64,000 bases of DNA, taken from contig JAMNZE010000011.1 in assembly GCA_023622465.1 (NCBI GenBank), positions 1,588 to 65,587 of the forward strand. The letters run 5' to 3'. The translations under genes were made by a program, and so were the position numbers. Under the pieces are notes generated by a model, which saw only the letters and a list, made by a program, of their open reading frames with translations, searched no databases and was not told where the DNA came from. Every line of letters starts with the position of its first letter. Positions within the stretch are counted from its first letter, which is position 1. The DNA is from Bacillota bacterium (GTDB lineage Bacteria > Bacillota > UBA994 > UBA5500). This document shows positions 9,144 to 18,327 of this stretch, piece after piece.

Positions 9144-10133
9144 TTAACCTTGGTATTCCGTCTCCATAAGTTTAACCAGGAAGCGTACACCCAACTGTAC
9201 ATCGTCATAGTCCACCATTTCCGAGGCCGTATGGATATACCGGCAAGGGATAGACATGACGCCAGCAGGGATACCACTCTTAGTTAATTGAATAGCGCCC
9301 GCATCGGTTCCTCCCGCTTCTAATACTTCTAGCTGGTAAGGAATGTCGTTAGCCTTGGCCACCTCTTCCATATGGCGACGCACTGCCGGTGTGCAGAGTA
9401 CGCTGGAGTCCCTTACTTTAACGGTTGGGCCCTTACCTAAACTTACGGCCATGGTGGCACTCTTAGGTGTATCGCCGGTGCGCGTTACATCGATAGCAAT
9501 GCCCAGATCAGGACTGATACCGTAGGCAGCTACACGAGCCCCGCGCAAACCTACCTCTTCTTGGGAAGTGAATACGGCATAAATGTCATAGGCCTGGTTT
9601 TCCACCTGCTTTAAAGCCTCAATCAGTATAGCGCAGGCTATGCGGTCGTCCATAGCCTTCGATACCAAGCGTTTACCTAGGTCACAAAACTCCCGTTTAA
9701 TAGCGGCCACATCACCGATATTGACTTTCTTTAATGCCTCTTCTTTGCTATCCACACCAATATCGATAAACATTTTGTTCATAGTCAGGTCTTTCATAGC
9801 GTCTAAACGTTCTATACCGAAAACACCTACCGTTCCATTGGCGAAGTAGCAACGATTACCGATGAGGCTAAAGGGCGAAATGCCTCCCACACCATAAAAA
9901 CGCAAGAAGCCATTATCGTCGATGCTGGTGACCATGACGCCGATTTCGTCCATATGGGCAGCCAACATCAACTTCTTACCGCCACCGCGTTTTACAGTGA
10001 TCAGGTTACCCAAAGCGTCTACGTGTATCTCATCTACGTAGGGCTTAACTTCTTCCATGATCAAATTGCGTATAGTTTCCTCGTTACCGGCAGGGCCATA
10101 GGTTTCAACTAAGCGTTTGATCAGTTCTTTCAT
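9144..10133 (-). CDS. M42 family aminopeptidase (third of three)
   Basis: AHMDE, KAMDDR, QEEVG, RYIH. Confidence 0.95.
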   Translation of the reverse strand: MKELIKRLVETYGPAGNEETIRNLIMEEVKPYVDEIHVDALGNLITVKRGGGKKLMLAAHMDEIGVMVTSIDDNGFLRFYGVGGISPFSLIGNRCYFANGTVGVFGIERLDAMKDLTMNKMFIDIGVDSKEEALKKVNIGDVAAIKREFCDLGKRLVSKAMDDRIACAILIEALKQVENQAYDIYAVFTSQEEVGLRGARVAAYGISPDLGIAIDVTRTGDTPKSATMAVSLGKGPTVKVRDSSVLCTPAVRRHMEEVAKANDIPYQLEVLEAGGTDAGAIQLTKSGIPAGVMSIPCRYIHTASEMVDYDDVQLGVRFLVKLMETEYQG

Positions 10134-11149
10134 ACCCGAAAACCTCCTTCGATACTACGTAGGAAAAGTTTAATCAATTTGGTAGTGTTTCGCACATCCT
10201 CCAAACTGAGAACTGAAACCGGCGAATGGATATAACGACAAGGAATGGAAATGGCTACCACGGGCACTCCGGCGCGACTGACATTAATACGGCCCGCATC
10301 ATTGCCTCCGGTCACAGTACCTTTAAATTGATAGGGAATATTATTCTCTTCCGCAATACGAACCAACTCTTGGATCATAGCCCGATTGCCGATGGAAGCG
10401 GTATCCATAAAGGTAATAGCCGGGCCACCGCCCAAAACCGTACTATATTCATGCTCCTCCATGCCTGAAACATCATTACAGGTGGTGCCCTCTATCACGA
10501 TGCCTAAATCGGGCTCGATAGCGTAGGCCGCCACACCGGCGCCCCTTAAGCCGATTTCCTCCTGCACAGTAAAGGCGCCATAGAGAGGGAAATTGTACTC
10601 TTCTTTTAGTGCCTCAGCTAACACAAAACAGCCGGCTCGATCGTCCAAGGCTTTCCCCTTGGCTAGGCCTTCACCAAATTCCCCATACTCGGTGGCAAAG
10701 ATGACATAATCACCAAGCTTGACCTTTGCCAAGGCCTCATCCTTACTCTTTGCACCTATATCGATGAAAAGGGAGCGATGGGGAATTACCTGGGTGCGTT
10801 CCTCGGGACGCTGCAAATGGATAGCCTTCGCCCCTATTACACCAGGTACCCGGTTTTTGCCTACCAAAACCGGTTTGGATACCAGCACCCGATCGTCGAT
10901 GCCGCCCACCTTGTGAAAATGGAGCAAACCCGCATCGTCCACATGGCTGATCATAAGGCCCACTTCATCCATGTGGGCAGCTAACATGACCCGTGGACCT
11001 TTAGCAGCTTCTTTACAAGCTATAAGGTTCCCCAGAGCATCCCGTTGCCAGACGCCAACATAATCTTTAAGTTCTTCTTCTAATATGGTGCGTACTTCAT
11101 GCTCGTAACCAGAAGGCCCAAAGGCTTCGGAGAGTTTCTTTAATAGCAT
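10130..11149 (-). CDS. M42 family aminopeptidase (second of three)
   Basis: AHMDE, KALDDR, QEEIG, RYIH. Confidence 0.95.
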   Translation of the reverse strand: MLLKKLSEAFGPSGYEHEVRTILEEELKDYVGVWQRDALGNLIACKEAAKGPRVMLAAHMDEVGLMISHVDDAGLLHFHKVGGIDDRVLVSKPVLVGKNRVPGVIGAKAIHLQRPEERTQVIPHRSLFIDIGAKSKDEALAKVKLGDYVIFATEYGEFGEGLAKGKALDDRAGCFVLAEALKEEYNFPLYGAFTVQEEIGLRGAGVAAYAIEPDLGIVIEGTTCNDVSGMEEHEYSTVLGGGPAITFMDTASIGNRAMIQELVRIAEENNIPYQFKGTVTGGNDAGRINVSRAGVPVVAISIPCRYIHSPVSVLSLEDVRNTTKLIKLFLRSIEGGFRV

Positions 11150-12195
11150 AGCAATCCCTCCACAAAGGCGGTATCGATGCTAGCAATGAAGTAGGCCAGC
11201 AAACGCCCCGCCAATTTTATATCCGTCATACTTACTGTTTCCACCGAAGTATGCATGTAGCGAGAAGGAATTGACAGCAGCGCAGTAGGAATACCTGCCC
11301 GCACCACCTGCATGGCCCAGAGGTCGGTGCCGGTGCCAGCAGGAGTGGGGTCCAGCGTGTAGGGGATGTTGTATTCTTTAGCCAACTTAACCAGTTGCTC
11401 AAAAACCTTAGGATGGATGTTGGCACCGAAAGCAATACTCGGGCCCTTACCCATGGGGGCCGTATCCTGTTCCGGAACCCCAGGCATGGCTCCGTGGCAA
11501 ACGTCCAGAGCAATACCGATATCCGGATTGATACCATATGTACTCACAGTAGCGCCCCGCAACCCTACTTCTTCTTGGGTGGTAGCCACAGCGTAAACAT
11601 CGGCCGTATGCTTCAGCTTTTTCAGCTCCTGCAGACACTCGTAGATAACGGCTACAGCAGCCCGATCATCCATCGCCTTGCAGGACACAATATCTTCCCC
11701 AAGTTCCATAAAGGAACGTTTAATAGTTACCACATCACCGACGCTGACCAATTCTTTAACCCGCTCCACCGGTAATCCCAAATCGATTTGTAATTCATGC
11801 ATAGGAATAGCTTTGTTCCGATCTTGCGGTGGAACTAAATGAGGCGGTTTGAGACCAATGATGCCCATCACATCTTCACGCCCGTGCACAACCACCTCTT
11901 GTGCCACCAAGGTGCGTTGATCTACCCCACCAACCTGGGTAAACTTGAGGAATCCCTTTTCGTCGATTTTGGTCACCATGAGGCCAATTTCGTCCATGTG
12001 CCCCGCCAGCATAATGGTCGGGCGTTTACCTTCACCGCAACCCTGTTTAAGGCCAATCACATTGCCTAACACGTCTCGGCGCACGTCATCGCACATATCG
12101 CTAAAAACTTGGCTAATAAGATCGGCCACTGGGCCTTCGGAACCGGACACTCCGGTGGCCTCGACCATTTGCTTCAAAAACTCTTTGGTCTGCAA
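11140..12195 (-). CDS. M42 family aminopeptidase (first of three)
   Basis: GHMDE, KAMDDR, QEEVG, RYMH; TTG start at 12195 with AGGAGG RBS. Confidence 0.93.
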   Translation of the reverse strand: MQTKEFLKQMVEATGVSGSEGPVADLISQVFSDMCDDVRRDVLGNVIGLKQGCGEGKRPTIMLAGHMDEIGLMVTKIDEKGFLKFTQVGGVDQRTLVAQEVVVHGREDVMGIIGLKPPHLVPPQDRNKAIPMHELQIDLGLPVERVKELVSVGDVVTIKRSFMELGEDIVSCKAMDDRAAVAVIYECLQELKKLKHTADVYAVATTQEEVGLRGATVSTYGINPDIGIALDVCHGAMPGVPEQDTAPMGKGPSIAFGANIHPKVFEQLVKLAKEYNIPYTLDPTPAGTGTDLWAMQVVRAGIPTALLSIPSRYMHTSVETVSMTDIKLAGRLLAYFIASIDTAFVEGLLCY

Positions 12196-12311
12196 GGTGC
12201 AACTCCTCCTTCCTTTGCTTCCAAACCGGTAACACATTATAGTTTGGAAATCTTATTCCTATTACTTAGTTCGCCATTTGTTACCGGTAACCTGCCCTTT
12301 TGGACGGTTTA

Positions 12312-12342
12312 TGCATGTTCAGTTTGCATATTGGCAACACTA
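12312..12342 (+). promoter_or_regulatory. SigF/SigG-type forespore promoter
   Basis: GCATG-15-GGCAACACTA. Confidence 0.55.
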
Positions 12343-12362
12343 ATTTTACAGGAGGCGCGGAT

Positions 12363-12551
12363 ATGAGAAAAGAACCACCCAAACGCAATGAACAAATATG
12401 GGCTGATATAGAACATTGGCAGCTGGAAATGGCCGAGGAACTGGGTATTATCGAGGAAATTCGTCATGTCCATCATTCATTGGGTCCTCGTCCTGTTCTC
12501 CGCTGCAAGCATCACCGCCCCTGGGCGAAATCTAACCACCGTTCCAATTAA
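12363..12551 (+). CDS. Small basic protein with partial alpha/beta-SASP (SspF-like) motif
   Basis: GGAGG RBS before ATG 12363; QLEMAEELGI resembles the SASP K.E.A.ELG helix. Confidence 0.6.
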   Translation: MRKEPPKRNEQIWADIEHWQLEMAEELGIIEEIRHVHHSLGPRPVLRCKHHRPWAKSNHRSN

Positions 12552-12589
12552 ACCTTTGCCGCCCCCCTCGCGAGTTGGGGGCGTTATTT

Positions 12590-12778
12590 TTAGGCTTTGT
12601 AGATGGTTACCACCATTTCCTCTCCATCTTTACTCAAACCGAAGATAAAACCGTGATCTCGCAAAGTACGATTACACATATCAATGATCTTATATAGTTC
12701 CGGATGGGCTGCAATCTTCTTACTGGCTAGTACTGTCAGCGGCTCCGGAGGCGTTAACTTGATACCGTCCTGCAACAT
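12590..12778 (-). CDS. YpmA (DUF4264) family protein
   Basis: ELYKIID..NRTL.....IFGL pattern. Confidence 0.8.
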   Translation of the reverse strand: MLQDGIKLTPPEPLTVLASKKIAAHPELYKIIDMCNRTLRDHGFIFGLSKDGEEMVVTIYKA

Positions 12779-12781
12779 CCT

Positions 12782-13567
12782 CTACTCCTCTCCATTGTTT
12801 GGTAGTTGCAAATTCCACGCGCTAATAGTATCGAGTAAACGGTAGTTGGTCAGGTCGAACTGAATTGGCGTGAGAGAAACATAACCGTTTCTTACAGCCC
12901 AAACATCGGTGGGCTCCACGTTATTATCTATTGGCTCCTGCCCTGCCAACCAATAATATGTCCCTCCCCAGGGATCCTTACGCTCCAGTACCGGATTATC
13001 ATAACGCAGTTGGCCCAGGGTAGTGACTTTTATTCCCCGCAGTTGCGAGAGCTCCTGTTGGGGAAAATTCACATTCAGCAAGGTGTCGTGGGGCCATGAT
13101 TTTTCACCTACGGCTTGCACCAAATGGCGGGCCAGCTGGGCTGCCGGCTCGAAGACCGGATTCCTATATTCAGCTAACGAAAAAGCAACCGCTGGCAATC
13201 CCAACATGACTGCTTCTAGAGCTGCAGAAACGGTACCCGAATAGAGAACATCAGTGCCCAAATTGGCTCCCCGGTTGATCCCAGATACGACCAGGTCAAT
13301 CTGCTCCGGAAAGAGGGCATCCACAGCTAACTTCACACAATCAGCCGGCGTACCACTGATGGCGTAAGCGGCTTTAGCCCCCGGTACTTCCATTGACTTG
13401 GCTCGTAAGGGCTGAAACATGGTAATCGCATGGCCAGTGGCACTGCGCTCGCGGTCGGGAGCAGCAACAAAGACGGTGCCGATCTTGCTCAACTCTGCAA
13501 CCAAACAACGTAAACCCGATGCCATAATTCCGTCATCATTTGTTACTAGAATACGAAGCTTGTTCAT
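12782..13567 (-). CDS. surE: 5'/3'-nucleotidase SurE
   Basis: ILVTNDDG, GTPADCV, SGINRGANLG, YSGTV. Confidence 0.96.
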   Translation of the reverse strand: MNKLRILVTNDDGIMASGLRCLVAELSKIGTVFVAAPDRERSATGHAITMFQPLRAKSMEVPGAKAAYAISGTPADCVKLAVDALFPEQIDLVVSGINRGANLGTDVLYSGTVSAALEAVMLGLPAVAFSLAEYRNPVFEPAAQLARHLVQAVGEKSWPHDTLLNVNFPQQELSQLRGIKVTTLGQLRYDNPVLERKDPWGGTYYWLAGQEPIDNNVEPTDVWAVRNGYVSLTPIQFDLTNYRLLDTISAWNLQLPNNGEE

Positions 13568-13688
13568 CTTTCACCTCTACTCGAAACGATCAGTCCTATT
13601 ATACGTTACTGTTAGTTAACTTGCACGTTTTTGGCAACATGTTCCCCTCCACCCGAGGGAAACCTAGGTTAAAGGAGGTGAGGCTGCC

Positions 13689-14159
13689 ATGCGAAAAAAG
13701 CTAATTCGACTGACAGTATTAGCACTCGTAATAGCAAGCCTGGCAGGTTGTATGCCCATGCGGCGCCCTGCACCAACGCCTACGCCCAACACACCAGTTG
13801 CACCGCAACCAGACCAGCAAAACGTGCAAGCCACCGTTGCTGACCGGGTAGTTAAATTGGTCAATGCCATGCCGGAAGTAAAATCGAGCTATGCTCTGGT
13901 GGTGGGCAATGTGGCCATGGTGGGGGTCGACTTGCGCGACCAACTTTCCGGCGATAAGGAAAATGAGCTGAAAAGCCGCATCAGCGCCAACACCAAAAAG
14001 GAAATACCCGAACTGGCTGAAGTCTGGGTCACATCAGATCCCGATTTGGTAACACGCATCCGCGATCTAGCTGGTCGCATTAGTCGTGGTGAGCCGATAA
14101 CCGGCTTCTTTGATGAAATTACCAATATCGCCAAAAAGTTGCAACCCCAAGGAAGCTAA
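13689..14159 (+). CDS. YhcN/YlaJ family sporulation lipoprotein
   Basis: Lipobox LAGC, Pro-rich linker, VVGN.A.VGV and V.VTSDPD motifs; AGGAGGTG RBS. Confidence 0.88.
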   Translation: MRKKLIRLTVLALVIASLAGCMPMRRPAPTPTPNTPVAPQPDQQNVQATVADRVVKLVNAMPEVKSSYALVVGNVAMVGVDLRDQLSGDKENELKSRISANTKKEIPELAEVWVTSDPDLVTRIRDLAGRISRGEPITGFFDEITNIAKKLQPQGS

Positions 14160-14167
14160 AAGGAGAA

Positions 14168-14196
14168 AAGCGAGCTCGCTATATAGGAGCTCGCTT
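14168..14196. terminator. Bidirectional terminator between convergent genes
   Basis: AAGCGAGCTC/GAGCTCGCTT stem. Confidence 0.7.
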
Positions 14197-14198
14197 CG

Positions 14199-15041
14199 TC
14201 ATATTTCCTGAATCTCTGAGATATGGGGCATCAGGTATACATTTTGCAATACCGGGTCCAGCAAGCCAATGGTGGTTTCGTGAACCTGGTCCCGTAATGA
14301 GAGTAATAGATGGGGTACCAGCAAGAGAACCGCATTAATATATTCAATCGGCTGCAGTCCCAAAACTTGATGCTGACTTTCTTCCCACTGCAAGTGCTCA
14401 CAACTAAAAGTGCCCTTCTCCATACGAGTACGCCGGTGCTTTTCATGGGTCTGGGCAGTATCGCACCAGATTAAACTGGAACGTCCTGTCTCCGGGTTAC
14501 TTAGTTTTTCTTCCAGCATCTGAGACGCGGTTTGAAAAGCCTCATCCAAGCTAATGTTAGGCGAGATAATGGTGGGAACGCCTTTGGTTGACAAGGGAAA
14601 CTCTCTCATGATCTGCAGTAATTTCGGAGCTATCTGGCCATTAAACAGGCTTACGGGAACGGCAACCACCGGTCCCTCCTCCTCATCCTGAAAAAGAGCG
14701 AAGTAGAAAACTACAAAAGGCGATACTACCAGCTCCATTTTACTGACATTATCCGGATGAAAAGGTGGCTTTAGTCGCAGGGCTCCTTCCAGCAACTCTT
14801 CTTCGCAGGCCACAAATTGGGCTACCAGTTCCTCTTCCTGCGGTGGGCGCTGAGCCTGTAATGCCTCCTTAATCGTCACAAATTCTAAACGGGAGGCTTG
14901 GGTTGAAAAGGCCGTGGTAACCGTTTTGCCTCCCTGCTCCAGCTGTTGGCGGCCACTTTGTCCAATAAAATAGATTACCTTACTGGCATCACCATCGGGG
15001 GTAAGCACCTTTAAGCGCTGCCACTTACAGCTCGTGACCAT
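14199..15041 (-). CDS. Hypothetical protein, distantly YqhG-like
   Basis: GAGGTG RBS; C-terminal half follows a YqhG-like pattern by eye (P...F..., SL.NG, SP.I....A, W...A, INA.LL). Confidence 0.55.
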   Translation of the reverse strand: MVTSCKWQRLKVLTPDGDASKVIYFIGQSGRQQLEQGGKTVTTAFSTQASRLEFVTIKEALQAQRPPQEEELVAQFVACEEELLEGALRLKPPFHPDNVSKMELVVSPFVVFYFALFQDEEEGPVVAVPVSLFNGQIAPKLLQIMREFPLSTKGVPTIISPNISLDEAFQTASQMLEEKLSNPETGRSSLIWCDTAQTHEKHRRTRMEKGTFSCEHLQWEESQHQVLGLQPIEYINAVLLLVPHLLLSLRDQVHETTIGLLDPVLQNVYLMPHISEIQEI

Positions 15042-15082
15042 TCCATCACCTCTTTCTAGCAGCTCTATGCTGCCCTTTACTC

Positions 15083-15112
15083 TAGAATGCTGCTAGGCGA
15101 GAAAAGTTATGG
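15083..15112 (-). promoter_or_regulatory. SigG/SigE-type sporulation promoter
   Basis: CCATA-18-CATTCTA. Confidence 0.5.
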
Positions 15113-15160
15113 CGTTAAAGTGTACCTCTATAGGTAACACTAGGTTTCTTTGGTTAATAA

Positions 15161-15196
15161 TAAAGGGCAACCCGCCGTATATTGGGCAGGTTGCCC
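15161..15196 (-). terminator. Intrinsic terminator after the DUF4438 gene
   Basis: GGGCAACC/GGTTGCCC stem with T-rich tail on the minus strand. Confidence 0.7.
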
Positions 15197-15215
15197 CTCG
15201 GATAGTTAAAAAAAG

Positions 15216-16079
15216 CTACTTACGGGAAATACCCAGATAGTCAGCAATATTTGCTTTTTCAACTACCCGTGGACGAATCTTGCCCGTGCTGCTAACAAAG
15301 ATAGTGGTTACACCCGGGCCATGACCGGCAACCACGCAATCGCTATGCACAATAACACCGATGGTTACCGCACCCTTGAGGTAACCGCGCCCAAAAGTTG
15401 TATCGCAATCTCTTAGGGCCACCACATCACCGAAGCGCAATTTGCCTAAGTTGAATTGCTCATAGGCTTCCTTATCGGCCGTCATAATATCGTAGTCACC
15501 CCGATAGGCGGTGGAGGAGCCTATACCAGAACCCATTAAGTAGGCCGGCACCTCTGCGGCCACCGGAATTTCCATCACGCCATCTTCGGTGACATTAATG
15601 TTCATCTTTTCTAGCAAATTGGGGTCCAGGTTCATCACGGTCACTTCTGGACAGTCTTCGACTTTGAGGCCGGTGCCGAAACTTTTGATTAGCACCTTAT
15701 CACCAATGGCCATTTTTTCCAGATCCTCTTGTGGGAAGTAAACTAGGGTATGCTCGCAACCGCCATGGGTACCGGTTACGTAACCAAGGGCTCCTTTAGC
15801 GTCACCGCTCACTACCCGAGCCTGATTGCCAATGCAAGCTAACGTGGTCAAGCCCGCATTTTCCGCCTCATTAAAGTTCTTGATTGTTACACCCGGCTCC
15901 ACATGGTCCACCTGCAACCCCATGCAGCTGTCGCCAACTTGGATATTGTAAGTGATACCACCGGTACCAGGCAGCACCACCGGCTTACCGAAAGCGGTAA
16001 CCTTGTAGTTGGGCATACGAGGGTGGGTAATTTCACCTTGTACGCTAACCATGGCCAGTTTATCCACGTTTGTTCTCAT
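15216..16079 (-). CDS. DUF4438 domain protein
   Basis: MRTN.DKL..SVQG, PGTGGITYN, DHVEPGV, GDYDI, AGHGPGVT motifs. Confidence 0.8.
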   Translation of the reverse strand: MRTNVDKLAMVSVQGEITHPRMPNYKVTAFGKPVVLPGTGGITYNIQVGDSCMGLQVDHVEPGVTIKNFNEAENAGLTTLACIGNQARVVSGDAKGALGYVTGTHGGCEHTLVYFPQEDLEKMAIGDKVLIKSFGTGLKVEDCPEVTVMNLDPNLLEKMNINVTEDGVMEIPVAAEVPAYLMGSGIGSSTAYRGDYDIMTADKEAYEQFNLGKLRFGDVVALRDCDTTFGRGYLKGAVTIGVIVHSDCVVAGHGPGVTTIFVSSTGKIRPRVVEKANIADYLGISRK

Positions 16080-16143
16080 TCTAGTAACCTCCTATGTTTT
16101 TATTCAAGTTATTGCCTTAAGGCATCTAACTTCCACTTTAGCT

Positions 16144-18312
16144 TTAAGGTCTGACATGAAGAATATATTCATTGGCAATTGTACTCTTGTCGGGCAAGGT
16201 TAATGCCAACTCCAGCGTTAAATGACCGGCTCCATCCAGCTCGTCCGGTACGACTAGTGTTAAAGAACCCACTCGAGAGACCGCATCGGCGGCCGCCTCC
16301 ACCACTGCCCGCTCCCTCACAAAGACCTGCTCTCCTAGTTTCAGCTGCCAAGTAAGCCCCATAGTCGGGAGGGCCCGCGGCAAATCGTTAACCACGTAAA
16401 TTGTACTAGACCAGCTTTCACCGGGAACAAAATAACGTTTCGGCCAGTCCACCATCACTTGTACCGGTGCCATTGCCCGCCTGGTAACGTAGTAAGCCAG
16501 TTTCGGGCGACGGTTCCAATCGAGTAACGACCAGGAAACTAGAGGAGCAGCATCGGCAAAATAGAAGGCCACCGCACCCCCACAAGGACGATATTTGTGG
16601 CGTCGCAAATATTCATGGTAAAACTGCAACAACTCGGCCTGATAAATTTGGGTAGCTGCTATGTAACTCTCCCAATTATCATACTCATCCGGCGGTAGCC
16701 GCTCTAGTAAGAGTTCCACATTAGCTAAGAACTGTTTCGCCACGCTCTCCCAATCCACATCGGGCCAAGAACCTGCCTCGTCAAGCAATTGAGCTATAAA
16801 GTCAGCCTCCTGGGGAAAGGATTGGGCTCCATACTCATTGACCAAACGGATAATACGGGGAAATAGGCGGCCCAGCCGAGCCAAAGTGCGAAAGTTGGTC
16901 GTATTCCACCCATAATAATGGTGAGTAGCCGATCCACCCCGCACCAGCCCCAGTACCCCCGAATGGGGAATGACCGGACGGCTTCTATCCAATTGCCAAA
17001 CGGCTTCCTGCAAGCGGGGATCAAGAATATCCTTATTCCAGCTGGGCTTCATATTATTAAAGAGATTGGCAAGGAGAGCACCCCAGCCAGCACCCCCACC
17101 CCGTTCTTGTCCCGGCGGAGCGTAAGGTTCGTTATGACATGACCAAAAACATACAGCCGGCTCATTACGTAAGGCGCCTACCATGGCCCTAATCTGATGC
17201 AGGGCAATGCCGGTAATGTTACGCTCATACTTCTTATCCAAAGGAAAATCCTGCCATATTATTAACCCTGCTTCGGCACAGAACTGATAAAACTCGGGCC
17301 GCGCCACATGGTTATAAACGCGCACCATGTTAAAATTGGCATCGGCAATTAGCTTGATGTCTCGTTGCAGATCCTCGGCGGTAACCGTTGCCGGATAAAA
17401 ACTGGTAGGGCCATAATTGATGCCCCGCAGAAAAAGTCGCCGATTATTGAGGAAAAACTGCCAGTTCTTCCAAGCCAATTCCCTGATTCCTATATAAGTG
17501 GCACAACTGTCCACTTCACTGCCCTGTTCATCGATCACTATCAGACTAATATTGTAAAGGTGCGGGTACCCTTGATCCCAACACCACCATAATTTGGGAT
17601 CGGGCAGATTTAGTTTGAGATCCAGCTTATTGCTTCCCGGTTGCACGGTCAGAGAAAAATCTTGACTCACCTCTTTGCCTACGAAATTACGAGGTGTTAT
17701 CTTGACGGTAACCTTCACTTGGCTAGCGACCGACCGCCAGATAAGGTCGGTCTGCAATTTAATTTGTGCCGAGTGCCAACCGGTCAGCCGGGAATCAACC
17801 TGTAGGTTTTGCAAATAGCCCCGAAAGTTTTCCTGCAAGGTTACAGGACCCCAAATCCCCCCGGGATTGATCTGCGGGGGTTTACAATCCCACTCCCCAT
17901 AAATACCGATAACCATGTCTCTCCAAGAAACATTGGCCGGAGGACAGTCAACCCGGATTGCCAAGACGTTGCCCTCTGGCAACAGTTGATCCGGCTGGAT
18001 TTCCCAACTCATGGGGGTAAAATATCCTTCATGGGTGCCTAAGAGATCGCCATTCAGCCAGGCAGTAGTTCGATAAAAAGCCCCACCGATGCTTAGCCGG
18101 ATCACTGGCCACGTCAGTGTGGGCTGCCAATCAAAGGTGGTGCGATAAAAAACACTGCCCTTATGGGTAGCCAATTCGGGTTCGAGTTGCCAATGACCAG
18201 GAACAGTTAGCAAGTATTCCGGTTGCATTTCAAAATCCGGCAGATAGAAGCTATCTGCAACGCCGACACTGGTCCAGCCTTGCCACTGACCACCTAGATC
18301 ATATTTTGGCAT
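16144..18312 (-). CDS. Glycoside hydrolase family 2 (beta-mannosidase-like), cytoplasmic
   Basis: HEGYF sugar-binding domain, P.LWW, WQDF, WSCHNEP (acid/base), NEYGAQS (nucleophile); no signal peptide. Confidence 0.85.
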   Translation of the reverse strand: MPKYDLGGQWQGWTSVGVADSFYLPDFEMQPEYLLTVPGHWQLEPELATHKGSVFYRTTFDWQPTLTWPVIRLSIGGAFYRTTAWLNGDLLGTHEGYFTPMSWEIQPDQLLPEGNVLAIRVDCPPANVSWRDMVIGIYGEWDCKPPQINPGGIWGPVTLQENFRGYLQNLQVDSRLTGWHSAQIKLQTDLIWRSVASQVKVTVKITPRNFVGKEVSQDFSLTVQPGSNKLDLKLNLPDPKLWWCWDQGYPHLYNISLIVIDEQGSEVDSCATYIGIRELAWKNWQFFLNNRRLFLRGINYGPTSFYPATVTAEDLQRDIKLIADANFNMVRVYNHVARPEFYQFCAEAGLIIWQDFPLDKKYERNITGIALHQIRAMVGALRNEPAVCFWSCHNEPYAPPGQERGGGAGWGALLANLFNNMKPSWNKDILDPRLQEAVWQLDRSRPVIPHSGVLGLVRGGSATHHYYGWNTTNFRTLARLGRLFPRIIRLVNEYGAQSFPQEADFIAQLLDEAGSWPDVDWESVAKQFLANVELLLERLPPDEYDNWESYIAATQIYQAELLQFYHEYLRRHKYRPCGGAVAFYFADAAPLVSWSLLDWNRRPKLAYYVTRRAMAPVQVMVDWPKRYFVPGESWSSTIYVVNDLPRALPTMGLTWQLKLGEQVFVRERAVVEAAADAVSRVGSLTLVVPDELDGAGHLTLELALTLPDKSTIANEYILHVRP

Positions 18313-18327
18313 ACTCTCACCCCTTTT

